A DNA stretch of 64,000 bases from Pseudomonas aeruginosa PAO1 (lineage in GTDB: Bacteria; Pseudomonadota; Gammaproteobacteria; Pseudomonadales; Pseudomonadaceae), in assembly GCF_000006765.1 (NCBI RefSeq), contig NC_002516.2; one strand, 5' to 3'. The notes under the pieces are model-generated. The model was not told the DNA's origin, did no database searches, and was given only the letters and a program-made list of their open reading frames with translations. Positions 31,261-44,293 of this stretch are shown here, in pieces (the first letter of the stretch is position 1; each line of letters opens with the position of its first letter). The translations under genes were made by a program, and so were the position numbers.

Positions 31261-31956
31261 TCACCGGCAGACCTTCCATAGGCCCATGTCGAGGTGGAAG
31301 TGATCCCGGTGGGCGGCGTTGTAGTCGGGCCCCAGCACCGCATTGAAACTGGCGCAGGCGCCGTCCCGCACGCGGCGCAGGAAGCGCCCGTCGGCGCTCT
31401 CGCCGGCCCAGTCCGTGGCCAGGCGGATCCGCCTCCCGTCGGCCAGGCGGAAGCCGCTGATGTCCAGGGCATTGGCCGAGGCATGCTGGCTGCGCCGACC
31501 GTCCTCGCGGTTGTAGACGTTGCGGCAGGCGAAGCTGCCGACATGCTCGACCCGCGCCAGCGGCTGGCCATAGATGTCCAGGGCTGCCGGTTGCAGCACG
31601 TGCCGCTCGAACAACGCATAGCTCACCGCCAGCGGGCAACTGGCGAGAAAGCTGCTGCTCAACTCCAGCGCCGCCCCACGCACGCGCAGGCTGTTGCTCA
31701 ACGGGCAGGTAGCCGATGGCGGGTCGTCGGCTACCCGCTGGTAGCGCAGTTGCGAGGTGGCCAGGGCGGCGTCGCAGAGGCTCCGGTCGTCGGCCAGCCG
31801 CCATAGTTTATAGCGGGTCAGCAGGTTCGGCGGTTCGCGCACGTCCAGCGGCAGCCAGGGATTCCAGCGCGCCGGCAGATCGAGCCACTGGTAGCGCAGG
31901 GCGCCGACGGCCCCCGCCAGCAGCAGTAATGGCAGCAACCAGGCCAGGCGGCGCAC
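31261..31956 (-). CDS. Extensin-like family protein (231 aa, GTG start)
   Basis: N-terminal TM; [19 protein letters not shown] and [16 protein letters not shown] motifs. Confidence 0.85.
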   Translation of the reverse strand: MRRLAWLLPLLLLAGAVGALRYQWLDLPARWNPWLPLDVREPPNLLTRYKLWRLADDRSLCDAALATSQLRYQRVADDPPSATCPLSNSLRVRGAALELSSSFLASCPLAVSYALFERHVLQPAALDIYGQPLARVEHVGSFACRNVYNREDGRRSQHASANALDISGFRLADGRRIRLATDWAGESADGRFLRRVRDGACASFNAVLGPDYNAAHRDHFHLDMGLWKVCR

Positions 31957-31960
31957 GGGT

Positions 31961-32785
31961 TCAGCGGAACAGGTCGTTGATGCGGTCGAAAGGCATCGCC
32001 GCACGGGTCGCTTCCAGGTCGCGCCGCGCCAGCGCCTGCGCCGCCTGATGGAAAGCGCCGAAGGCGACCCGGGCAAGATTCGAGCCCAGGCTCACGCGCT
32101 TGACGCCGAGGGCTTCCAGCTCGTCCAGCGACAGCTCCAGGCGCGGCGAACCGACCAGCACGTTGATCGGCTTCGGCGCCACCGCTTCGAGCACCGCGAC
32201 GATCTGTTCGCGGCGGTTCAAACCGGGCGCGTAGAGCACATCGGCGCCGGCATCGGCGTAGGCGCGCAGACGCCGCAGGGTGTCGTCGAGATCCTCGCGA
32301 CCATGCAGGAAGTTCTCCGCGCGGGCGCAGAGGGTGAACGGAAATGGCAACGCACGGGCAGCCTCGACCGCGGCAGCGACCCGCTCCAGCGCGGCGGAGA
32401 ACTCATAGATGGGCTGTCCGGCGCGCCCGCTGGCATCCTCGATGGAACCACCGACCAGACCGGCCTCGGCGGCCAGGCGGATGGTCGTGGCGCAGTCTTG
32501 CGGAGCATCGCCGTAGCCGTTTTCCAGGTCGGCGGCGACCGGCAGATCGGTGGCGGCGACGATCGCCCGGGCGTTTTCCAGCGCCTCGGTCCGGCTCACC
32601 GCGCCTTCCGCGTCGCGCCGGCCCAGGGAGAACGCCAGGCCTGCGCTGGTGGTGGCAAGGGCATCGAAGCCGAGGCTGGCAAGCATCTTCGCCGAACCGG
32701 CATCCCAGGGATTGGGCAGGACCAGCATGCCGGGCCCCTGGTGCAGGTCGCGGAAACGTTCGGCGCGTTGGCGTTGGCTGGTCAT
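31961..32785 (-). CDS. Isocitrate lyase/PEP mutase superfamily protein
   Basis: PNPWDAGSAK, ATTSAG, ADLENGYG, IED, ARAE and AGADVLY motifs. Confidence 0.88.
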   Translation of the reverse strand: MTSQRQRAERFRDLHQGPGMLVLPNPWDAGSAKMLASLGFDALATTSAGLAFSLGRRDAEGAVSRTEALENARAIVAATDLPVAADLENGYGDAPQDCATTIRLAAEAGLVGGSIEDASGRAGQPIYEFSAALERVAAAVEAARALPFPFTLCARAENFLHGREDLDDTLRRLRAYADAGADVLYAPGLNRREQIVAVLEAVAPKPINVLVGSPRLELSLDELEALGVKRVSLGSNLARVAFGAFHQAAQALARRDLEATRAAMPFDRINDLFR

Positions 32786-32857
32786 GGCGGCGGGCTCCGT
32801 GGCGGGGAAAGGACTCCCTAGCCTAGGCGCAGGCCGGCGGAGCGTCGAGCGCCGCGC

Positions 32858-33724
32858 TCAGAGCAGGCCCAGTTGCTCCACTTCCGGGGCCGGGATCGGC
32901 TCGGGTAGCGCCGGCAAGCCTGGCAGGCGCTGGCCCAGCAGCGCATGGAAACGCTGGGCCTGCTGGGCCGCCAGGTGATTGTCGGGGGTATGCAGGAATA
33001 CGTATGGAGTCAGGCCGGCCTCGATCCAGTCGGCCACCTTGTCGACCCAGGGCAAAAGGAACACCTCGTTGGCCGGCAGGTCGGGACCGCCGATGAAACG
33101 CACCTGTGGCGTATCGCTGAAGGCCGCCGGACGGATCGGCAGGCGCGGCTTCTTCGACTGGGCGTGGAGCACCGCCGGATCGTCCGAACGGCAACTGAAC
33201 AGCGCCCGCGAATCCAGGCAGATGCGCTCCACGCCACGCTCGCGCAGGTGGCGGTTGAGCAGGCGCTCGTCCTCGCCTTTGTCGAAGAACGCCGGGTGGC
33301 GTACTTCCACGGCAATCCGTCGCGGACTCAGCTCATCGAGGAAATACAGCAGTTCGCCCAGGCGCTGCGGGGTGAACGCCGCCGACAGTTGCAGCCACAG
33401 CGGGCTGACCCTTTCGCCAAGTGGCGCCAGCAGTTCGAGGAAGTCGCCGGCGGCCTCGAGCCGTTCGCGCAGGTCGCCTTCGTGACTGATATCGCGGGGA
33501 AACTTGGCACAGAAGCGGAACCCCGCCGGCATCGTCTCGGCCCAGCGCCGCACGGTTTCCGCCGAAGGCCGGGCATAGAAGGTGGTATTGCCCTCGACCG
33601 CGTTGAAGATGCCGCCGTAGTGTCCGAGGTAGTCGGCGGAACGCAATTCGCGCGGATAGAAGCTGCCGCGCCAGGCCGCCTCGTTCCAGGATGGACAACC
33701 GAGGAAATAAGGAAGGGAAACCAC
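32858..33724 (-). CDS. DUF72 (YecE-like) protein
   Basis: VEGNTTFYARP, FRFCAKFP, WLQL, VEVRH and RFIG pattern. Confidence 0.88.
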   Translation of the reverse strand: MVSLPYFLGCPSWNEAAWRGSFYPRELRSADYLGHYGGIFNAVEGNTTFYARPSAETVRRWAETMPAGFRFCAKFPRDISHEGDLRERLEAAGDFLELLAPLGERVSPLWLQLSAAFTPQRLGELLYFLDELSPRRIAVEVRHPAFFDKGEDERLLNRHLRERGVERICLDSRALFSCRSDDPAVLHAQSKKPRLPIRPAAFSDTPQVRFIGGPDLPANEVFLLPWVDKVADWIEAGLTPYVFLHTPDNHLAAQQAQRFHALLGQRLPGLPALPEPIPAPEVEQLGLL

Positions 33725-33742
33725 GGGAGCGCAGGGAACCGC

Positions 33743-34090
33743 TCAGGCGTAGAGGTCGAGGCCGAGGACATCCTCGGCGCCGGCGTCGATGTTGAGGCTG
33801 GCGGTGGAGTTGTAGCTGGCCAGGGCCATCGCCGCATGGCTGCTTACCGGGCGCTGGAACGCCAGCAGGTCGCGGGCGCTGACCGGCAGGCTGTCGCCGC
33901 CCGCCGAACTGGCCTGGACCTTGCGCGCCTGCGGCGCCTGCTCGAAGCCCTGGCTGCCGGAAACCGGCGCCGGCTGCTCGCGCCGCGCCTCGACCTCGCG
34001 CTGCACGTCGCGATACGGCGTGACCGCGGAGCCCGGTCGGGCGCTGCGCTCCAGCGGCAACGAAGAGGAAGAAAGTCCGTCGATACGCAT
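33743..34090 (-). CDS. Hypothetical protein (115 aa)
   Basis: ORF between tsaB and the DUF72 gene, MRIDG...GLDLYA; start at ATG 34090 is my choice. Confidence 0.7.
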   Translation of the reverse strand: MRIDGLSSSSLPLERSARPGSAVTPYRDVQREVEARREQPAPVSGSQGFEQAPQARKVQASSAGGDSLPVSARDLLAFQRPVSSHAAMALASYNSTASLNIDAGAEDVLGLDLYA

Positions 34091-34163
34091 GATCAAAACC
34101 CGGGGAAGTCTCCACACTCTAGCCAGCCCCGAAAGGCTTGGCAATTACCGCTGCGCGGCATTT

Positions 34164-34844
34164 TCAGGGCGCTTTTTTCGGCGTCGCCACGTTGTCGCGC
34201 AGGTACACCGGCAGCGCCTGTTCCGCCTCCACGCCTTCGCCGCGCGCCCAGGCGAAGCCGGCCAGGCTGAGCAAGTCCTCGGCATGCGGCAGCAGGCTCG
34301 CGTCCAGCGCGACCGGGCGCTGCGGCATGCGCTCGACGTAGCCCCAGCCGGTGCCGGCGCCGAACCAGTCCGCGGCAGCGGCGTCCCACGGTACGGCGAC
34401 CCGCTCGGGCGGCAGTACCGCTTCGCTGCCGGCCAGGCGCATCTCGCCCTGTTGCAACTGGTAGCAACCCCAGTAGACCTCGTCCATCCGCGCGTCGATG
34501 GCCGCGGCGACCCGCTCCGCACCCTGCTCGCGGTAGGCCCGCTGGGCCAGGATCGCCAGGTCGGAGACCGCCAGTACCGGGCGCTGCAGGGCGAAGGCCA
34601 GGCCCTGGACCACGCCGATGGCGATGCGCACGCCGGTGAAGGCGCCCGGACCGCGCCCGAAGGCGATGGCGTCCACCGCGGACAGGGCGACGCCGGCCTC
34701 GTCGAGCAGGTCGCGGACCATCGGCAGCAGGCGCTGGGCGTGCAGGCGCGGGATCACCTCGTAGTGACTGAGCGCCCGCCCCTCGTGGAGCAGGGCGACG
34801 GAGCAGGCTTCGGTGGAGGTATCCAGGGCCAACAGAGTGGACAT
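34164..34844 (-). CDS. tsaB: tRNA t6A biosynthesis protein TsaB
   Basis: LLALDTSTEACSVAL, GRGPGAFTGVRI and IDARMDEVY motifs. Confidence 0.96.
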   Translation of the reverse strand: MSTLLALDTSTEACSVALLHEGRALSHYEVIPRLHAQRLLPMVRDLLDEAGVALSAVDAIAFGRGPGAFTGVRIAIGVVQGLAFALQRPVLAVSDLAILAQRAYREQGAERVAAAIDARMDEVYWGCYQLQQGEMRLAGSEAVLPPERVAVPWDAAAADWFGAGTGWGYVERMPQRPVALDASLLPHAEDLLSLAGFAWARGEGVEAEQALPVYLRDNVATPKKAP

Positions 34845-34947
34845 CGACGGTTCCGCGTGGTGAAAAAGACGCCGATTGTACCAGCCTTCGCCGCCCCGGA
34901 AACGCCGACGGCCCGCAAGCGGGCCGTCGGTGCTACAGCGCTGCGGA

Positions 34948-38392
<3,445 letters not shown>

Positions 38393-38598
38393 GACCTGTC
38401 TCCACTGCGGGTGGGAAACCAGCTTGGCTCAGGCGCCCCCGCGCTTACAAGCCCGCAGGGTGCCAGTACGGCGCCGCCGGGCCGGAAGCGAGGCTGCCGG
38501 CGCCGATCGGGTCTAGTCTGAAGGAAGTGCCCGCACCGAGGCACGGCCCCACGAGGGCCCCCCAGCACGCCCGCCACGACCGGGCTGAAGAGGTCAGC

Positions 38599-38943
38599 AT
38601 GAAGATCCGTGAGCTTGTCCGCCATTGGGAACACACCGCCAAGGGCCGCATGGCCCGCAACCAGTACAGCATCCCGCTGGACGTCGAAAGCGCCGCGCGC
38701 CTCGCCGCGCTGCACGAGATGTATCCGCGGCGCAGCGTCGAGGAACTACTGGGCGAGCTGGTCGGCGCCGCCCTGGAAGAACTGGAGGCGAGCTTTCCCT
38801 ACGTGAAGGGGAGTCAGGTGGTGGCCACCGACGAACAGGGCGATCCGCTGTATGAGGATGTCGGCCCTACCCCACGCTTCCTGTCGCTCTCGCGCAAGTA
38901 CCTGCACGAACTGGTCGCGCAACAGGACACCTCCAGTCACTGA
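38599..38943 (+). CDS. Conserved hypothetical protein (114 aa), possible ribbon-helix-helix fold
   Basis: GAGG SD before ATG 38599; divergent from ppc. Confidence 0.75.
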   Translation: MKIRELVRHWEHTAKGRMARNQYSIPLDVESAARLAALHEMYPRRSVEELLGELVGAALEELEASFPYVKGSQVVATDEQGDPLYEDVGPTPRFLSLSRKYLHELVAQQDTSSH

Positions 38944-38951
38944 GCGCGGCT

Positions 38952-39422
38952 TCAGCCATGCCGGCGGTGCACGCCGGGGACGTGCATGTGCCCGGCCTCG
39001 GCGCATTCCTCGGCGATTGGCGACAGCGGCGCGGGCTGCTCCAGTTCGCGGAGGATGCCGCAGGCCTGGCTGTTGCCGGCGACCGTACAGCGTGAGCCGA
39101 GATCCCGCAGTTGCTCGCGCAATGCCTGGAGTTCGGCGATGCGCACCTCGACGTGATGCAGGTGCTCGTCGATCAACCGGTTGGCGGTGCCGCAATCCGC
39201 CTCGGGACGGTCGCGCAACGCCAGCAGGGTACGGATTTCCTCCTGGGTCATGTCCAGCGAGCGGCAGTGACGGATGAACGACAGGCGCTCGACATGCGCC
39301 AGGGTGTATTGCCGATAGTTGCCTTCGCTACGCGCGGGCTCGGGCAACAGGCCTTCGCGCTCGTAGTAGCGGATGGTCTCCACCGGGCAACCGGTTCTCT
39401 TCGCCAGCTCACCGATCTTCAT
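38952..39422 (-). CDS. cadR: Cd/Zn-responsive MerR-family regulator CadR (156 aa)
   Basis: MKIGELAK...TIRYYEREGLL HTH, metal-binding cysteines (DCG, RC...CGIL) and His-rich tail. Confidence 0.93.
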   Translation of the reverse strand: MKIGELAKRTGCPVETIRYYEREGLLPEPARSEGNYRQYTLAHVERLSFIRHCRSLDMTQEEIRTLLALRDRPEADCGTANRLIDEHLHHVEVRIAELQALREQLRDLGSRCTVAGNSQACGILRELEQPAPLSPIAEECAEAGHMHVPGVHRRHG

Positions 39423-39472
39423 GCCAACCCTCCTCCAATCGCCGACGCGGCTACCCGAATTGGCAGTACCGC

Positions 39473-39503
39473 TTGACTCTGTAGTTGCTACAGGGTGTGC
39501 AAT
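39473..39503 (+). promoter_or_regulatory. MerR-type promoter/operator of cadA
   Basis: TTGACT-N19-TGCAAT with the dyad ACTCTGTAG-TTG-CTACAGGGT (8/9 match) across the long spacer. Confidence 0.88.
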
Positions 39504-39535
39504 CGCACCCAACACGTCAAACGGGAATTGTTTCC

Positions 39536-41758
39536 ATGAGCCACGAACACGCCGACACTTGCTGTCACGGTCACGGTCACGGACATGATCATGGGCACCG
39601 CCACGCGCCTCGCCCGGCGGTGGCCGCCATCGGAACCCTGGCCGGCAACGCCGAGTTGCGCTGGAGCGACCTGCGCATCGAAGCGATGGACTGCCCGACC
39701 GAGGAACGCCTGATCCGCGACGCCCTCGGTCGCCAGCCGGCAGTGGAGTCGCTGGAATTCAACCTGATGCAGCGCCTGCTGCGCGTCCAGCATCGCTTCG
39801 ACAGCGTCGAGCCGCTGCAGAAGCTGATCGCCGGCCTCGGCATGCAGGCGGTGCCGCTGGATGCCGGCGAAAATACCGACGGCCCCTCGCAAGCGCCGGC
39901 GAAGCCCTGGTGGCCGCTGGCCCTGGCCGGCGCGATGGCGCTGGCCTCGGAGATCGTCGAATGGTTCGGCCTGGCGCCGGACTGGGTGGTCGCCGGCCTC
40001 GCCCTGCTGGCCATCCTCGGCGCCGGCCTGCCGACCTACCGCAAGGGCTGGATCGCACTGAAGAACCGTAACCTGAACATCAACGCCCTGATGAGTATCG
40101 CCGTGACCGGCGCCGTGCTCATCGGCCAGTGGCCGGAAGCGGCGATGGTCAGCGTGCTGTTCGCCATCGCCGAGTTGATCGAGGCGAAGTCCCTGGATCG
40201 CGCGCGCAACGCCATCCGCGGCCTGCTGCAACTGGCTCCGGAACAGGCCACCGTGCTGGTCGGCGGCGAATGGAAGGAACTGCCGGCCAAGCAAGTGGAA
40301 CTGGAAGCCACCGTGCGCGTGAAGCCCGGCGAACGCATCGCACTCGACGGCGAGGTGACCAGCGGCCGCTCCAGCGTCAACCAGGCGCCGATCACCGGCG
40401 AAAGCCTGCCGGTGGAGAAGGAGGTCGGCGAGCCGGTGTTCGCCGGCAGCATCAACGGCGAGGGCGCGCTGGAGTACCGCGTCACCCGCCGCGCCGACGA
40501 CAGCACCCTGGCCCGGATCATCCACGCCGTGGAGGAAGCCCAGGGTTCCCGCGCACCGACCCAGCGTTTCGTCGACAGTTTCGCCCGCGTCTACACCCCG
40601 GTGGTATTCCTCATCGCCCTCGCCACCGCGGTGCTGCCGCCGCTGCTGTTCGGCGGCGCCTGGCTGGACTGGATCTACCGCGCCCTGGTGCTGCTGGTGA
40701 TCGCCTGTCCCTGCGCGCTGGTGATCTCCACCCCGGTGACCATCGTCAGCGGCCTTTCCGCCGCGGCGCGCCTGGGCATCCTGATCAAGGGCGGGGTGTT
40801 CCTCGAACTCGGGCGCAAGCTGTCCTGGGTCGCCCTCGACAAGACCGGCACCATCACCCATGGCAAACCGCAACAGACCGACTACCTGCCGATCGCGGAG
40901 GCTGACGGGACGGATGCGCGCCTGCTCGCCGCCAGCCTGGCCGCGCGTTCCGACCACCCGGTATCGCGCGCCGTGGCCAACGCAGCGGAAGAGGACGGCC
41001 TTGCCCTGGGCGTGGTCGAGGACCTCGCTGCCTTGCCGGGACGAGGCGTCAGCGGACGCATCGACGGCGTCCTCTACCACCTCGGCAACCATCGCCTGGT
41101 GGAGGAACTGGGCCTCTGCTCGCCGGCCCTGGAAGAGCGCCTGGACGCCCTGGAGCGCCAGGGCAAGACGGTCATCGCGCTGTGCGATCCGCAGCGCGTG
41201 CGGGCCCTCTTCGCCGTCGCCGACGGGGTCAAGGACAGCAGCCGCGAGGCGATCCACGAGCTGCACGCGCTGGACGTGAAGACCCTGATGCTCACCGGCG
41301 ACAACCCGCACACCGCAGCCGCCATCGCTGCCCAGGTAGGCATCGACGCAGCTCGCGGCAACCTCCTGCCGGAGGACAAGCTGCGTGAAGTGGAAGCGCG
41401 CCAGGCCGACGGCTCGCGGGTCGGCATGGTCGGCGACGGGATCAACGACGCGCCGGCCCTGGCCCGCGCCGACATCGGCTTCGCCATGGGCGCGGCGGGC
41501 ACCGACACGGCCATCGAGACCGCCGGCGTCGCGCTGATGGACGACGACCTGCGCAAGTTGCCGCAATTCGTCCGGCTGTCGCGCACCACCCACGCGATCC
41601 TGGTCCAGAACATCACCCTGGCCCTGGGCATCAAGGCGGTGTTCCTCGCCCTTACCCTGGCAGGCGAAGGCACCCTGTGGATGGCGGTATTCGCCGACAT
41701 GGGCGCCAGCCTGCTGGTGGTGTTCAACGGTCTGCGACTGTTGCGCAAGCGTTTCTAA
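39536..41758 (+). CDS. cadA: P1B-2 Zn/Cd/Pb-exporting P-type ATPase (740 aa)
   Basis: TGES, CPC, DKTGT and GDGINDAP motifs; His-rich N-terminus. Confidence 0.95.
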   Translation: MSHEHADTCCHGHGHGHDHGHRHAPRPAVAAIGTLAGNAELRWSDLRIEAMDCPTEERLIRDALGRQPAVESLEFNLMQRLLRVQHRFDSVEPLQKLIAGLGMQAVPLDAGENTDGPSQAPAKPWWPLALAGAMALASEIVEWFGLAPDWVVAGLALLAILGAGLPTYRKGWIALKNRNLNINALMSIAVTGAVLIGQWPEAAMVSVLFAIAELIEAKSLDRARNAIRGLLQLAPEQATVLVGGEWKELPAKQVELEATVRVKPGERIALDGEVTSGRSSVNQAPITGESLPVEKEVGEPVFAGSINGEGALEYRVTRRADDSTLARIIHAVEEAQGSRAPTQRFVDSFARVYTPVVFLIALATAVLPPLLFGGAWLDWIYRALVLLVIACPCALVISTPVTIVSGLSAAARLGILIKGGVFLELGRKLSWVALDKTGTITHGKPQQTDYLPIAEADGTDARLLAASLAARSDHPVSRAVANAAEEDGLALGVVEDLAALPGRGVSGRIDGVLYHLGNHRLVEELGLCSPALEERLDALERQGKTVIALCDPQRVRALFAVADGVKDSSREAIHELHALDVKTLMLTGDNPHTAAAIAAQVGIDAARGNLLPEDKLREVEARQADGSRVGMVGDGINDAPALARADIGFAMGAAGTDTAIETAGVALMDDDLRKLPQFVRLSRTTHAILVQNITLALGIKAVFLALTLAGEGTLWMAVFADMGASLLVVFNGLRLLRKRF

Positions 41759-41779
41759 AAGGCCCCACTGGCCTCCTCC

Positions 41780-41804
41780 AGCCCCACTCAGGTGGGGCTT
41801 TTTT
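41780..41804 (+). terminator. Intrinsic terminator after cadA
   Basis: AGCCCCAC-TCAG-GTGGGGCT followed by TTTTT. Confidence 0.85.
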
Positions 41805-42137
41805 CTGCCCGAGTGTTCCGTCCTGGAGCGCTGCGGCAGTTGTGCGTTTCGTGGACTAGAGCCCTGTAGGACGGGCTTTAGTGAGCAGAGGTGGCGTTCT
41901 GCGACCACGCCGGAAGCCGACTGTTCAGTCAGAAAATTTCAGATTTTTTTTTGAACCCCTGAACCAGCGGGGGAGTCACTAAAAGTACATGGCCAATCGC
42001 CAAGCCCCTGAAACAGAGGCCTGGCAGAGGCTTGCTCAGTGAGCAGGAAGAAAAGACCGGAGGGCCGGAAACGCGCCCACGGTAATGGCCAGAGATGAAA
42101 GCCAAGGAATCAGCATCCCTGTCAGAGGAAATTTCCC

Positions 42138-42542
42138 ATGGAGCAAAAAGCGATGAGCAAGCAACACACCGGTTCCCTGCGTGGCCTCAAGCTGGCCCTG
42201 CTGGCCGTAGGCACCAGCCTGGTCCTGGCCGGCTGCGCCGGCAACCCGCCGACCGAGCAGTTCGCCGTGACCGAATCCGCGGTGAATAACGCGGTGAGCG
42301 CCGGCGGCCCGGAATATGCCCCGGTCGAGATGAAGTCCGCTCAGGACAAGCTGAGCCAGGCGCGCATCGCCATGAACGACAAGGAATACGACCAGGCCAA
42401 GCGCCTGGCGCAGCAGGCCGAGTGGGACGCCCGGGTCGCCGAGCGCAAGACCCAGGCCGCCAAGGCGCAGAAAGCCGTGAAGGATGCCCAGCAGGGCGTC
42501 ATGGAACTGCGTGAGGAAGGCATGCGCGATACGCAGCACTAA
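42138..42542 (+). CDS. DUF4398-family lipoprotein (134 aa)
   Basis: Lipobox LAG-C; AQDKL..A...A.RLAQQAEWDARVA helical pattern; upstream of an OmpA-family gene. Confidence 0.88.
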   Translation: MEQKAMSKQHTGSLRGLKLALLAVGTSLVLAGCAGNPPTEQFAVTESAVNNAVSAGGPEYAPVEMKSAQDKLSQARIAMNDKEYDQAKRLAQQAEWDARVAERKTQAAKAQKAVKDAQQGVMELREEGMRDTQH

Positions 42543-42590
42543 GCCGGATTCCGCCCTTCTTTCGTCGATTCGTGATTAAGGATGACCCCT

Positions 42591-43376
42591 ATGCGTAAGT
42601 ACATTGCCCTCCCCGCCGTATCCCTGCTGGCCCTGGCGCTGGCCGCCTGCTCCACGCCGCCGAACGCCAACCTGGAACAGGCCCGCAGCAACTTCTCCGC
42701 GCTGCAGTCGCAGCCCGACGCGACCAAGGTCGCGGCCCTGGAAACCAAGGACGCCGGCGACTGGCTGGCCAAGGCCGACAAGGCCTACCAGGATGGCGAA
42801 GACCAGCGCGACGTGGACCAACTGGCCTACCTGACCAACCAGCGCATCGAACTGGCCAAGCAGACCATCGTCCTGCGCAATGCCGAGGCGCAGTTGCAGA
42901 ACGCCTCCGCCCAGCGCGCCCAGGCCCGCCTCGACGCGCGCACCGCGCAACTGGACAAGCTGCGTAGCCAACTGAATGCCAAGCAGACCTCGCGCGGCAC
43001 CATGGTGACCTTCGGCGACGTTCTGTTCGATCTCGACAAGTCCGACCTGAAGCCCGGCGCCATGCGCAACATCCAGCAACTGGCCGAGTTCCTCCAGCAG
43101 AACCCGGAGCGCCAGGTGATCGTAGAGGGCTACACCGATAGCACCGGTTCCGCCAACTACAACCAGCGCCTGTCCGAGCGTCGTGCCGACTCGGTGCGCA
43201 TGGCCCTGCTCAGCCGCGGCATCAGCCCGGAACGCGTAGCCACCCGTGGCTACGGCAAGGAATATCCGGTGGCCAGCAACGGCACCAGCTCCGGCCGTGC
43301 CATGAACCGTCGGGTGGAAGTCACCATTTCCAACGACGCCAAGCCGGTCGCGCCACGCTCCTCCGTCAGCGGCTGA
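42591..43376 (+). CDS. lptF: OmpA-family lipoprotein LptF (261 aa)
   Basis: Lipobox LAA-C; VEGYTDSTGS, NQRLSERRA and NRRVEV OmpA_C motifs. Confidence 0.9.
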   Translation: MRKYIALPAVSLLALALAACSTPPNANLEQARSNFSALQSQPDATKVAALETKDAGDWLAKADKAYQDGEDQRDVDQLAYLTNQRIELAKQTIVLRNAEAQLQNASAQRAQARLDARTAQLDKLRSQLNAKQTSRGTMVTFGDVLFDLDKSDLKPGAMRNIQQLAEFLQQNPERQVIVEGYTDSTGSANYNQRLSERRADSVRMALLSRGISPERVATRGYGKEYPVASNGTSSGRAMNRRVEVTISNDAKPVAPRSSVSG

Positions 43377-43394
43377 TAAGCCCTACGGAAGCCC

Positions 43395-43423
43395 AAAAGC
43401 CCCGCCATCCGGCGGGGCTTTTT
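43395..43423. terminator. Bidirectional intrinsic terminator
   Basis: AAAAGCCCCGCC-ATCC-GGCGGGGCTTTTT between convergent lptF and the macro-domain gene. Confidence 0.88.
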
Positions 43424-43451
43424 CATGGGCGGGGCTTGAGCTTTCCAGGTA

Positions 43452-43973
43452 TCAGCGGGCCACAGGCCGCTCGCCGAGCAAGCGCTGGTAGCGCTCGGCC
43501 ATCGAGCTATCGAAGGCAACCAGGACGATTTCCTCCAGGCTGCTGTGCGCCGGGCGTTGCCGGCAGACCTCTTCGACGGCAATGGCCGCGGCCTGCTCCA
43601 AGGGATAGCCGTAGATGCCGCAGCTGATGGCGGGGAACGCGACGCTGGCCGCCCCGGCCTGCTCGGCCAGCGCCAGGCTGCGCCGGTAGCAGCTGGCCAG
43701 CAGCTCCGCTTCGCCGTTGTCGCCGCCGCGCCAGACCGGGCCGACGGTGTGGATCACGTGGGCCGCCGGCAGACGGAACCCACGGGTGATCTTCGCCTCG
43801 CCGGTCTTGCAACCGTGCAGCAGGCGGCAGGCCGCCACCAGTTCGGCACCGGCGGCGCGGTGGATGGCGCCGTCGACACCGCCCCCACCGAGCAGCGAGG
43901 AGTTCGCCGCGTTGACGATGGCATCCACCGCAAGACGGGTGATGTCTCCCTGCCAGACGCGGACCTCGGTCAT
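43452..43973 (-). CDS. Macro-domain protein (YmdB-like O-acetyl-ADP-ribose deacetylase)
   Basis: [24 protein letters not shown] and [10 protein letters not shown] motifs. Confidence 0.95.
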
Positions 43974-44293
43974 TTCACTTCCTGCGGGACTTCCTGTCCG
44001 GCGCAGCGCACGGCGTGCTTCCTGTTGTCCACCAGCACGCCGGAAAGGCCCTTCTGCTCGGTGTCGAACAGCACCAGGACGCCATCAATGCACTGCGCGA
44101 CCTGCTTGGCCGGCTCCAGGGACAGCTTCACATCTTCGCCGGGCAGGCTCTTCAGCATGGTGAAGTCGGCCAGCAACAGGGCGTCCTGCGGCTTGGCGAA
44201 ATGCAGGTAGCCGTAGTACCAGAGCACGCCGACGGTGACGAAGATGGTACCGATGCCGGTCAGGATGCAGGGGAGTACGTTACGGTCGCTCAT
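43970..44293 (-). CDS. Hypothetical single-pass membrane protein (107 aa)
   Basis: One TM segment; ATGA overlaps at both ends. Confidence 0.75.
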
